Position numbers and translations under genes: made by a program
Source: Promethearchaeota archaeon
Lineage (GTDB): Archaea; Asgardarchaeota; Thorarchaeia; Thorarchaeales; Thorarchaeaceae
Reading direction: 5' to 3'
Assembly (NCBI GenBank): GCA_027031765.1
Contig: JALVPN010000144.1
Span: forward strand, 41,384-73,383
Length of the DNA: 32,000 nucleotides
Shown: in pieces, positions 7,807 to 16,705 of the stretch
Layout of the letters: every line of letters starts with the position of its first letter
Position numbering within the stretch: the first letter of the stretch is position 1
The notes under the pieces: generated by a model
Database searches by the model: none
The model's input: only the letters and a program-made list of their open reading frames with translations
Told to the model about the DNA's origin: nothing

Positions 7807-9294
7807 GTGGTAGGAAAACGGGTCGGTGAACAACAACAGGAGGACGAACGCTTGTCTGGGTGTGACACTTCCGGCCTCGACGTGTTCTTCAATGCCAAGA
7901 GCGTAGCAGTCTACGGTGCATCAGCAACACCCAACAGTGTTGGTCAAGCAATCATCCAGAACTTCATCAAACCCCAGTATGAGGGCAAGGTCTTCGGTGT
8001 GAACCCGAAGTACAGGACAGTCCTGGGTGTGGACTGCTACCCGACACTGCAGGACATCCCGGACGAGGTCGACCTAGTGATAGTTGCAGTGCCGGCCAGG
8101 ATAACGCCACGGGTGTTCGAGGACATTGCAGCAAAGGGAGTGAGAGCGGCCATTGTAATATCAGGCGGGTTCTCGGAAACCGGCCCACGGGGTGCCATGC
8201 TTGAAGACGAGATTGTCAGGATTGGCAAAGAGCACGGGATCAGGATAATCGGGCCCAACTGCATAGGTGTTGTTGACACGCACACACATATTGACACGTT
8301 CTTTCTGCCGGAGTACCGCTGTGGGCGGCCCAAGGCCAGCAGTACTGCGAACATATCGTTGGTGTCACAGTCAGGTGCCTTTGCAGCAGCAATATCAGAC
8401 TGGACATCCGAACTCGGGATTGGTGTGAGCAAGATTATCAGTCTTGGCAACAAGTGCGATGTGGATGATGACGACCTCCTATGCTATCTGGGAAACGACC
8501 CGTCAACCCAGGTGATATGTTTCTATACGGAGGGCTATGACCTTGGGAAGGGACGCACCTTCTTCGAGACCGCAAGAAGGGTCACACAACAGAAGCCGGT
8601 GATTGTTGTCAAGTCAGGACGCAGTGAAAGAGCAAAGGAGGCCGCAAGCTCGCACACCGGGTCACTTGCTGGGCTGGACAGCATTGCTGACGCAGCATAT
8701 CGTCAGGCCGGGGTAATCCGGGCCACAGAGTTCGAGGAGATGTTTGTGATGGCGAAGGCACTGGCGATGCAACCACCAGCAAAAGGGGACCGGGTGCTCA
8801 TCGTCACAAACGGAGGGGGACTGGGAGTAATGACCACAGATGCGCTCGAGTCGCTGGGCCTGGCGGTGCCACACCCCTCGGGCGAGCTCAGGGCGCGACT
8901 GGAAGAACGGCTCCCCTCGTACTGCGCACTGGGAAACCCGTGCGATGTTGTGGGTGACACTGATGCTGGACGGTATGACGTAGTCTTCGAGGAGGCAATC
9001 CGCAGTGGAGAGTACGACCTCTTTGTGGTGGGAATGCTGCTACAGACACCAAGCCTCGGAATGGAGATTACGAACCACATTGCTAACTATCAGAAACAGT
9101 CTGGGCTCCCGTTCGTGGTGGTATCAATGGGTGGTAGCTTCACGAGGAAGGCCGGTGAAATCCTTGAGCTCATGGGTGTCCCCACCTATTCCACAGGCGA
9201 GAAGGGCGCGCTTGCAGCAAAGGCGCTCGTCAGATACGGTGAGATAAGGTACGGCAACGAGTTCCACAGGACTGTTACAAGCGAGAAACCATAA
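7807..9294 (+). CDS. acdA: Acetate/acyl-CoA ligase (ADP-forming) alpha subunit
   Basis: SVAVYGAS CoA-binding fold, IIGPNCIG, SQSGA, SLGNK, SHTGSLAG (phospho-His), TNGGGLG, GNPCDV. Confidence 0.93.
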   Translation: MVGKRVGEQQQEDERLSGCDTSGLDVFFNAKSVAVYGASATPNSVGQAIIQNFIKPQYEGKVFGVNPKYRTVLGVDCYPTLQDIPDEVDLVIVAVPARITPRVFEDIAAKGVRAAIVISGGFSETGPRGAMLEDEIVRIGKEHGIRIIGPNCIGVVDTHTHIDTFFLPEYRCGRPKASSTANISLVSQSGAFAAAISDWTSELGIGVSKIISLGNKCDVDDDDLLCYLGNDPSTQVICFYTEGYDLGKGRTFFETARRVTQQKPVIVVKSGRSERAKEAASSHTGSLAGLDSIADAAYRQAGVIRATEFEEMFVMAKALAMQPPAKGDRVLIVTNGGGLGVMTTDALESLGLAVPHPSGELRARLEERLPSYCALGNPCDVVGDTDAGRYDVVFEEAIRSGEYDLFVVGMLLQTPSLGMEITNHIANYQKQSGLPFVVVSMGGSFTRKAGEILELMGVPTYSTGEKGALAAKALVRYGEIRYGNEFHRTVTSEKP

Positions 9295-9338
9295 ATACGA
9301 GCGTCAGACCGACTATGCGCACACGAGGCCTGATATTC

Positions 9339-10070
9339 ATGAAGACCGTCAAGAAGATCTTCAAGACAGCCCTTGATGAAGGGCGGACATTCGTCCTGGA
9401 GGACGAGGCAAAGAGAGTAATGAGGGAGTATGGGATTCCGGTCCCACCATTCGCCCCGGCGGCGACGGAAGACGAGGCCGTAGCGAGAGCAAATGAGATT
9501 GGATACCCCGTCGTGCTCAAGATACTCTCGAAAGACATCATGCACAAGTCGGATGCCGGTGGTGTCAAAGTCAACCTGAACAGCGACGAGGAAGTGAGGA
9601 GGGCATTCCAGGAGATCATGGAAAATGCCACGCAGTATGGAAAGGAGAAAGGTATTGATGTCGACCTGAGCCGCGGGGTCATTGTCACACGTTTTGTTGA
9701 GATGGGGACAGAGACCATTGTTGGTGTGACGAAAGACCCTCAGTTTGGCCATGCGCTGATGTTTGGACTCGGCGGGATATTTGTCGAAGTGCTAAAAGAT
9801 GTCACATTCCGACTGATACCACTTACAGAAATCGATGCCCGCGAGATGGTCTACGAGATAAAGGCCAAGAAGATACTGGAGGGGATACGTGGACAGCCAC
9901 CACGCGACATTGACGCCCTCGTGGAGATAATGCTCACAGTATCAAAGATGGTCGAGGAAAACCCTGAGATTGTAGAGATGGACTGCAATCCCACCATCGT
10001 ATATGAACAGGGGAAGGGTGCGGTCGTTGTCGATGCACGCATGGTAATTGAGAGTGCCTCTAGTGACTGA
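9339..10070 (+). CDS. acdB: Acetate/acyl-CoA ligase (ADP-forming) beta subunit, ATP-grasp
   Basis: GYPVVLKI.S.DIMHKSDAGGV (phospho-His), DPQFG..LMFGLGGIFVEVLKDV, EMDCNP. Start set at ATG 9339 (alternative 9315). Confidence 0.93.
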   Translation: MKTVKKIFKTALDEGRTFVLEDEAKRVMREYGIPVPPFAPAATEDEAVARANEIGYPVVLKILSKDIMHKSDAGGVKVNLNSDEEVRRAFQEIMENATQYGKEKGIDVDLSRGVIVTRFVEMGTETIVGVTKDPQFGHALMFGLGGIFVEVLKDVTFRLIPLTEIDAREMVYEIKAKKILEGIRGQPPRDIDALVEIMLTVSKMVEENPEIVEMDCNPTIVYEQGKGAVVVDARMVIESASSD

Positions 10071-11247
10071 GCAGTGAGCCCAGCAGGCGGCTCAAGAGTA
10101 TCAGGCCTCTCCTCAAGTCTGATGGGCTGATGCGTCCGGACGCAGCGGGGCCCGTCGCGATGGCGAGCAGTAGGAGGAGCGACATGAGCCGAGTCACAAA
10201 CAGGGTGTGCTCTAGGTGGAAGTCGCGGTTGCCACTCGCATCGACTATCAGGAGTTCGAGGCGTCTCATCAGCGGCTCAAGGTAGTCTGCCAGCCCCGAG
10301 GTGTTGTGTAGTCTTTTCAGGGCCTGCGTCACAGCCTGCGGGTCTTGCAGGAAGTCCAGTGGGACTCCAACCGCCCCCAGCAGTGCGAGGCCCCTGTGGG
10401 TCACTCGCTCGTAGTCTGACGCGCCAAGCTGTTCCATGGCCGAGGCAGCCGCATGACATTGTGCGAGTATCCGGAGTGAGCCAGTGAGCACCTCCCGGAC
10501 GATGCGCGGTCGCGTCGGGACAACTGGTGAGATGTGGACTGCATGTGACCGTTCAAGATGAGCTGCCATTGAAGAGTCGAGCTGTGACTCGAAGTCTGGA
10601 GCCAGGATGACATCAGCAGCCTTGAGGAGTATGGGATGGGTGCCTACACGGCGGACGGCGACTAATGCCCTGAACTCGTCCGGGTCGACATGGAAGAGCA
10701 GGACGCGTGTGACATCATAGGCCCGTTCAAAGTCGTTCTCTGTAGTGGAGCTGCGTCCCCGGAGAAATGAGAGCAGAGAACACAGTATCGTCCAGATAGA
10801 TACCAGCGACTCGCACATACCATCACATGCTGCCCGGTCGTTGACCTCATGTTCATCAAGGAAACGGGCAAGCCGGTCGACCGCACCGCCGAGGCGGCTC
10901 ATGGTCGGCCCATCAATGGTGACCGCCGCGAGGGAGTCGAGGGACTCGCGAGGACTGCGTGTTGGCGGCCGCAGCACGAAGAACGGTTGGCGCCGGTCAA
11001 GTGACCACCACCTTGATGTCGAGGCGAAGTAGTCAAGGAGGTCTATGCTCGCGGTCAAGTCGTCCATGCCAGTGGTGTTGCGTCCGTCCAGATAGGCCAA
11101 GAGGCGTGAGAAGAGCGAGAGAAACCGTGCGACATGGACGCGGACCGGGGTGCCGGCCAGTTTTGCGTCTGTGAAGTGGCCCGAAATCGTATTGATATGG
11201 GCCAGACATCCTTCATCTAGGGAGGTCGCAATGATGCCACGGTACAC
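10060..11247 (-). CDS. Hypothetical helical protein with four ~105-aa repeats
   Basis: 395-aa Leu/Ala-rich ORF filling the gap between acdB and uppS. Recurring helix-GR/xx-x5-D-hydrophobic motif (see findings). Confidence 0.7.
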   Translation of the reverse strand: MYRGIIATSLDEGCLAHINTISGHFTDAKLAGTPVRVHVARFLSLFSRLLAYLDGRNTTGMDDLTASIDLLDYFASTSRWWSLDRRQPFFVLRPPTRSPRESLDSLAAVTIDGPTMSRLGGAVDRLARFLDEHEVNDRAACDGMCESLVSIWTILCSLLSFLRGRSSTTENDFERAYDVTRVLLFHVDPDEFRALVAVRRVGTHPILLKAADVILAPDFESQLDSSMAAHLERSHAVHISPVVPTRPRIVREVLTGSLRILAQCHAAASAMEQLGASDYERVTHRGLALLGAVGVPLDFLQDPQAVTQALKRLHNTSGLADYLEPLMRRLELLIVDASGNRDFHLEHTLFVTRLMSLLLLLAIATGPAASGRISPSDLRRGLILLSRLLGSLLSH

Positions 11248-11395
11248 ATCGATTGGTCTTCTAGCCAGCGTCTGTGCCTCCTAGAGTGGAGAGGTGATGC
11301 TCATGACGGACGCGCGAGGAGTGAACGGGGGGAGGGATAACAGTGTCCAGTAAAAACAGTGTGTATTGCGTGGGGTGGTGGGGACCGACCAGAAC

Positions 11396-12175
11396 CTACT
11401 TGCCAAAACGACGGGTCCTGTGCTCGTAGGACCGCAACGCACGCCAGATGTCAATCCGTCGGACTGCTGGCCAATAGACCTGGGCGAAGTACAGTTCGGA
11501 GTATGCAGACTGCCACAGGAGGAACCCGGAGAGGCGTTCCTCGCCGGATGTGCGGATGATCAGGTCGGGGTCGGGGATGCCACTTGTGTAGAGGTGGCGT
11601 TCAATGACCTGCTCGTCGATGTCGGAGGGAGCAAGCTCCCCAACGGCAATCTTCTCACCAATAGCCCTGACAGCATCGACCAGCTCAGTGCGTCCTGAGT
11701 AGCCAATGGCAACGTTGAGGATGTGGTCGCTGTAGGCCGCGGTCTCTGCTTCTGCCATCCGTATGGCCTCCTGCACATCGGGGGGGAGGAGGTCCACCCG
11801 ACCTATGGCATTGATACGGACGCGGTGCTTGTGTACATCAGGGTTTCCAACGACCTCTCTGAACTTCTCCTTTGCAATATGCATGATGTGAGAGACCTCT
11901 TCTCTGGAACGCCGGAAGTTCTCAACGGAGAAGGCATAGAGCGTGCAGACCTTGACGCCAGCTTCCCACAGGATACGGAGCACTTCCATGACCTTCTGAG
12001 CACCCTTCTGGTGACCGAACCATGGGGCGTCTACACCGTGCTCGCGGGCGTATCGTCTGTTGCCGTCGAGGATTATGCCCACATGCCGGGGCGCCCTTTC
12101 TTTGTTCAGTTGCCTGTGCAACCAGAACTCATAGAGCCGGTAGACCGGACCAGTGAGGTTCAATGCTCCGCGCAC
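11396..12175 (-). CDS. uppS: cis-prenyltransferase (undecaprenyl diphosphate synthase family)
   Basis: PRHVGIILDGNRR, GH..G, YAFSVENFRRS..EV, PDPDLIIRTSGEERLSGFLLWQSAYSELYF. The start may be TTG 12163 (GAGGTG SD 9 nt upstream). Confidence 0.96.
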   Translation of the reverse strand: MRGALNLTGPVYRLYEFWLHRQLNKERAPRHVGIILDGNRRYAREHGVDAPWFGHQKGAQKVMEVLRILWEAGVKVCTLYAFSVENFRRSREEVSHIMHIAKEKFREVVGNPDVHKHRVRINAIGRVDLLPPDVQEAIRMAEAETAAYSDHILNVAIGYSGRTELVDAVRAIGEKIAVGELAPSDIDEQVIERHLYTSGIPDPDLIIRTSGEERLSGFLLWQSAYSELYFAQVYWPAVRRIDIWRALRSYEHRTRRFGK

Positions 12176-12389
12176 CTCTCTTCATTCAAGATGTGAGTGC
12201 TCGACATCAGCAGCTGACTGGAAAACGGCTGGGCCTCCGAGGACGGGACTCGACACAGCCCGGCCGGCCTTCATTGAGAGGCCAAGGCAGTGGGAGCTGC
12301 CAGTTTCACGTCAGCACATGACAGCCACATCTCTCACAGAATAGGTTCCAATGATGCCCTAATAGGCTTGATGCTCCGGAAACGGCAGA

Positions 12390-12761
12390 CTATATCATCT
12401 TGGCAATCTTGTCGGCCGCCCGTTTCATGTCTAGGAAGATGAGGCCGAGCTTTGCATTTGCAGTTGTGGACACTGTAAGGCACGCATTCATCCCGGCCTG
12501 GACCACAAGCAGCCAGCCGTCGGCCCCCTTGATGTTCACCTGTTCAAGAGTGCCCTTGCCGAGTTCGATGGCAGCCTTCTCACCCAAGGTCAGCATGGCT
12601 GCCGTCATGGCGGCCACCTTTGCTTCGTCCACATCAGTGGGCAGGGCAGACACGATTGGCAGCCCCTCAACACTCACAATGGCACATGCCTCAATCTCAG
12701 GAATACTTCCCTGTAGCTCGTTGAGCACACCTTCAAGAGTATCTTCGCGTGTTTCACTCAA
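12390..12761 (-). CDS. Roadblock/LC7 domain protein (MglB-like)
   Basis: IEACAIVSVEGLPIVSALP...VAAMTAAMLTLGEKAAIELGKGTLEQVNIKG..G...NAKLGLIFLDMKRAA pattern. TTG start with GAGGTG SD. Confidence 0.92.
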   Translation of the reverse strand: MSETREDTLEGVLNELQGSIPEIEACAIVSVEGLPIVSALPTDVDEAKVAAMTAAMLTLGEKAAIELGKGTLEQVNIKGADGWLLVVQAGMNACLTVSTTANAKLGLIFLDMKRAADKIAKMI

Positions 12762-12772
12762 TTAGCCCCACC

Positions 12773-13345
12773 TCACTTGTACAACCGCTTGAGGATTACC
12801 TCGCGCGCTATCGCTTGGAATGCGCGCTTCACACCCACACCTTGGACAGCGATGGTCTCGTAGATTGGGACGTTCCCGCCAAGTCCCAGCAGGTCAAGCA
12901 TCTCCTCGCGGGACATCCGGTTTGGCAAGTCCCGCTTGTTGAGCATCACCACAATGGGGATTTCGCGCCCCAACGCATCCCCGAGGAACAGTTTGAGTTC
13001 CTCAAAGCTCTCGACGTTCTCCTCGCGTTGATCCGGGGACGAGTCGGCAACAAAGAGGATGCCATCCGCTCCTTGTAGGACGACCTTCCTCTGATGGCGG
13101 TGTCTCTTCTGACCGGCAACCGTGAACACATCAAAGAGCACGCGACCACCGGCACTCATCGGGACATAGTCAAAGAACAGAGTCCGGTTCGTTTCGTCCT
13201 CAATCGCAGTGAACTCGCCCTTCTGTAACCCCTCGACCTTGCCATACAGCCATCTCAGTGCAGTGGTCTTTCCACCCAGCGAGGGGCCATAGAAGACCAG
13301 TTTGAGATGGATGCGACCTTCGGTATCACGCCGTATTGTAAACAC
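12773..13345 (-). CDS. mglA: MglA-family small GTPase
   Basis: KLVFYGPSLGGKTT, ETNRTLFFDY, FTVAGQ, GADGILFVADS, NKRDL, ETIA. All match the MglA consensus (KIVYYGP..GKTT, DRTLFFD, TVPGQ). Confidence 0.9.
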   Translation of the reverse strand: MFTIRRDTEGRIHLKLVFYGPSLGGKTTALRWLYGKVEGLQKGEFTAIEDETNRTLFFDYVPMSAGGRVLFDVFTVAGQKRHRHQRKVVLQGADGILFVADSSPDQREENVESFEELKLFLGDALGREIPIVVMLNKRDLPNRMSREEMLDLLGLGGNVPIYETIAVQGVGVKRAFQAIAREVILKRLYK

Positions 13346-13520
13346 CTCACTGTTCCACTGCGTTGTTAGTCACCGGGACAGGGCCCGGAGAGATCATCGA
13401 GAGATGCGGACTCCATGCCACTAAGGACGCGCGACTGATACGGGCCTCGCGGCCCGGCAGGATGGTCAGGACCCAGTGTGATGGCCAGAGTCCGGGGTTG
13501 AGTGTTCTAGATTTCAGTCC

Positions 13521-13547
13521 AATAAAAGCCTTTGTGGCACAGGCCAC
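13521..13547 (-). promoter_or_regulatory. Putative mglA promoter: TATA (CTTTTATT) with adjacent palindrome GTGGC-N4-GCCAC
   Basis: Same TATA and palindrome as upstream of rpl10e; ~175 nt upstream of the mglA start. Confidence 0.45.
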
Positions 13548-13750
13548 TGTTGGTGTGTCGAACCAAGGACAGCTTGGGACAGACAGGGCCATTGTAAGTG
13601 GCAGGTGGAAGTTGACAGATGACTCGTTGGACATTGTTCCGGCCACACTATCGCATGCTCTCATCCGCCAGCAGTGGGCACTATGACCATATTGGGTAGC
13701 TGTGACCCGTACGGTCGGGACGATACCAGCGCCCCTACTGGAATAGAGGC

Positions 13751-14221
13751 TCACACGCGCTCCAACTTTGCCAGAGCTGACCGCAGGTCTTCCTCGTCGA
13801 TGTCCTTGTCCTTGCCAGGGGCCTCAACACCCTCGACCGAGAGGAACTCGTCCAGCTCGCGGGCAAGCTGTGCGCCCTGCTTCTTCATTACAAGACGGAT
13901 GAGCCCAATGTTGACCTCGGCTTCCGACACAACGCACAGCACACCTTTCCCGCAGGCGGAGGCGAAAATCTTGCCCTGAGAGAACTCTGAGGTGACAATC
14001 TCAAGCTCACCGATCTGTAGGTTCTTGCCCTGTTCCTCACTGGCACAGAAGACGGCACTGGCAATCGCACCGATAGAGTCAACATCAACGGGGTAGTAGC
14101 TCAACTTTGACACGTTGGCAATTGTGAGTCCCGTCTTGTCAACCAGGATTACTTTCTTGATACCTTTGTCTTGCTTGATTATCTCGGTAAGGATCTTGTC
14201 GAAAGCCTTTGGATCAGTCAT
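13751..14221 (-). CDS. mglB: Roadblock/LC7 protein, MglB-like, with acidic/helical C-terminal extension
   Basis: KVILVDKTGLTIA...IGAIASAVFCASEEQG..L..GELE....EFSQGKIF...EVNIGLIRLVMKK pattern. Upstream of mglA. Tail DKDIDEEDLRSALAKLERV. Confidence 0.85.
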   Translation of the reverse strand: MTDPKAFDKILTEIIKQDKGIKKVILVDKTGLTIANVSKLSYYPVDVDSIGAIASAVFCASEEQGKNLQIGELEIVTSEFSQGKIFASACGKGVLCVVSEAEVNIGLIRLVMKKQGAQLARELDEFLSVEGVEAPGKDKDIDEEDLRSALAKLERV

Positions 14222-14235
14222 GATGTCAACCCCAC

Positions 14236-14532
14236 TTATGCATTCTTCAGAACCACTAGTATCAGGCCTTCTCGTGGTTCCGGTGCGATGTTTATCTGTC
14301 CTTTGGAAGTGTCAAGAGTGAGGAACGAGAGGCTCCCCTCTTTCAACTCCCTCACGGCGTCAAGGGCCTTGCCGACCAGAGAAGTGATTATTGCAGCAAC
14401 ACTCTCGGTGGTCTCTGGGTCGAGGTCGCTACTCAAGGGTAGGCCTTCCATCGTGGTGACCACTACTCCACGGACGCCCTCTTGAGCCTTAATCTTGTTG
14501 AGGATTCCCTCAAGTTTCTCTTGGCTAATCAA
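14236..14532 (-). CDS. Small roadblock/LC7 domain protein
   Basis: [20 protein letters not shown]...[13 protein letters not shown]...[15 protein letters not shown]. Start reassigned to TTG 14532 (GGTGAT SD 7 nt upstream); the longer ORF-track start overlaps the upstream gene. Confidence 0.88.
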   Translation of the reverse strand: MISQEKLEGILNKIKAQEGVRGVVVTTMEGLPLSSDLDPETTESVAAIITSLVGKALDAVRELKEGSLSFLTLDTSKGQINIAPEPREGLILVVLKNA

Positions 14533-14692
14533 CGATGGTATCACCGCTGCTGTCAATGGTGCTTCCAACGCATTTTTCGTACTCTTTCTGGGTATTTGAG
14601 AGTTGTGATTATTATCTCTGCGTATCGGCTGCACGCTGCACGTAGTAGCAGCCTGTACACTGCAAAGGGAGTGGCCAGAAATAAAGCTGCTC

Positions 14693-16318
14693 CTACTCGT
14701 CGTCATCGTCCTCCTCGTCGTCCTCACGCACCAGTTCATCAAGTCGTGCACGCATCTTTGAGATGTTCATGGACGCCATCATATCCCTGGCCATTGCGGC
14801 CCGGAATGGTGGGGCTGCTGCAGCCTCTGCCTGCACCTGAATCTGCTCCTCAAGGTCTTCTTCCTGTTCGGCCATTATGCGGTCGGCCGTTTCAAAGGAC
14901 TCACGTGCATGAGAGGGCGCAGCAGCAGCCATGGCACGCAGGACATGTCGCAATTCCCGGATTTTTGATGCTCCGGCCTCTTGGTGCCCATGAAATGCCT
15001 CCTCCCCCGCCTTCTGTACAGCAAAGGCTGCTGAGAGGGTCGGGTCAAACGATGCGAGGAGTTCATCCTCCCGGCGTGCAACTTTCAGTTCCGTGGTGAC
15101 GGCCCGGAGATGGCGCGCACCCTCATCGTCGGTGTATTCGACCTGTATCTGGATTGGGACTGTTTCGGACTCGATTTCGTGTGTTGGTTCCATGGAGAGA
15201 TAGATCTCATGGGTATCGGCTACAGCACCGATACGGCTGCTCCGTGCCCCCGCCAGTGAGCGGGCCGCCTCAGGGGAAAGGCCGGACACTTCGCCAACAC
15301 GCACCCCGGGTGGTGTGATGACCCGGACTTCGACATCGCGACCGAGAATGCTGGCCCCAGACAGACGGGCCATGTACTTGTCCAGTTCCGAGGGCGTGAC
15401 GTAGTACATCTGTCCGCCCGTTATCTCAGGAATGAGTCCGATGGTCTGTAGTTCCATTCCTGACCCTGATGCGATGCCCACCACATCGAAGATGACACCC
15501 ACATCATTGAACATCCGGGCAATCTGCTCATAGAACTCCTTGGCCGGGGTGACCTGATAGCCCTCCAATGCGCCAACGCCCTCATTTGCAAGCCCATCGG
15601 TAAGGAGCACCACACGGCCCACTCCGCGGTGTTTCGCAATGACATATGCTGCGGCGACAGCGGGTCCAAGGGCTGTGCCACCCTTGTCACGCAGTTGCCG
15701 GACATGGTGCTTCAGGCGGTCTGCATTGGTACCCACAGGGATCATCTTCACACGGTCCAGGAGCCTGCGGGTGGCGTCCATGACCCGTTCCAAGCTGGCA
15801 TAACTGCCAGGGGGTATCTGGATGGGCGCCCCGGTCTCAAGGTCACGTATCACCACGCTGCTCTCGAACTCAATAAGACCGAACATGGTCTCGGGAGAGT
15901 TTGCGGCAAGGCTGTCAATGGAGTTACTTAGACTGCGCTTCACAGCTGCAAGATTGGCGCCGGCCATGGAACCAGAAACATCAATCACTGCAAGGAATGC
16001 CTTTCCAGCTGCGGGCGCAGGCTGTGTCTCAGTGGTAGTGGTCTCCTTGGGTGGCGGACTGACAACAAAGTCGGTATCGCTACCAGCCGAAACTATCTCG
16101 CCCTCTATCACGTTCAGCGTGCCACAGAAGGAGCACACAAAGTGACGCCCTATGCGTGAGTCTTCCTTTATCTGGTCTGCACTGAGCAGGACTGCGCCAC
16201 ATTTGTGACATGCAATCGGGCGGCCTACAATGCGGCGTGGCTCCCGGGCCAGTTCTGAGAAGTCGATACGGACTACGTAGGGGAGGCCACGGGTCACATC
16301 CCGGGATGCTGGAAACAT
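14693..16318 (-). CDS. Sec23/Sec24-like protein: Zn finger + vWA (trunk) + beta-sandwich + helical region
   Basis: [12 protein letters not shown]...[12 protein letters not shown] (Sec23/24-type Zn finger), IDVSGSM...GGTALG...LLTDG (vWA MIDAS), [25 protein letters not shown] (resembles the Sec23/24 beta-barrel end), acidic C-tail. Start set at ATG 16318 (ORF track 16357). Confidence 0.82.
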   Translation of the reverse strand: MFPASRDVTRGLPYVVRIDFSELAREPRRIVGRPIACHKCGAVLLSADQIKEDSRIGRHFVCSFCGTLNVIEGEIVSAGSDTDFVVSPPPKETTTTETQPAPAAGKAFLAVIDVSGSMAGANLAAVKRSLSNSIDSLAANSPETMFGLIEFESSVVIRDLETGAPIQIPPGSYASLERVMDATRRLLDRVKMIPVGTNADRLKHHVRQLRDKGGTALGPAVAAAYVIAKHRGVGRVVLLTDGLANEGVGALEGYQVTPAKEFYEQIARMFNDVGVIFDVVGIASGSGMELQTIGLIPEITGGQMYYVTPSELDKYMARLSGASILGRDVEVRVITPPGVRVGEVSGLSPEAARSLAGARSSRIGAVADTHEIYLSMEPTHEIESETVPIQIQVEYTDDEGARHLRAVTTELKVARREDELLASFDPTLSAAFAVQKAGEEAFHGHQEAGASKIRELRHVLRAMAAAAPSHARESFETADRIMAEQEEDLEEQIQVQAEAAAAPPFRAAMARDMMASMNISKMRARLDELVREDDEEDDDDE

Positions 16319-16705
16319 ATCCGAGCTTGTCCGTAGCATGGGCATATACAGAACCACCGTCAGTCCAATTGTCTGGAGAGCCTATACATGAACCGTATTA
16401 AGTGAATCGTAGATGGGGGAGGGTCAAAAGGCGAGTGGGTATGGGCTCGAAAGCCACAACGTCCACAGCTGGGGGAACACGGAAAGGGTGGGGACAGCGA
16501 GGTGTACACCGTGCATACCGGTCGGGCTCCATAACTAGCTGCGAACACTAGCCCACAGGAAACCAGACAAGGGGCAGGGACTGGACGAGTGAACTGTGGA
16601 ACAGCGTGCGGCACAGCACCAACGGCATGGAGGCCGCCCACCAACACAAGATATAAGGAGTGAGTAATCCAAACCTAGTAACGAATAGACCGCTACGGGG
16701 ACTGA

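Noticed and set aside
14533-14751. N-terminal extension of the small roadblock ORF
   Set aside because: Overlaps the Sec23/24-like gene end; the SD-supported TTG at 14532 gives a typical ~98-aa roadblock.
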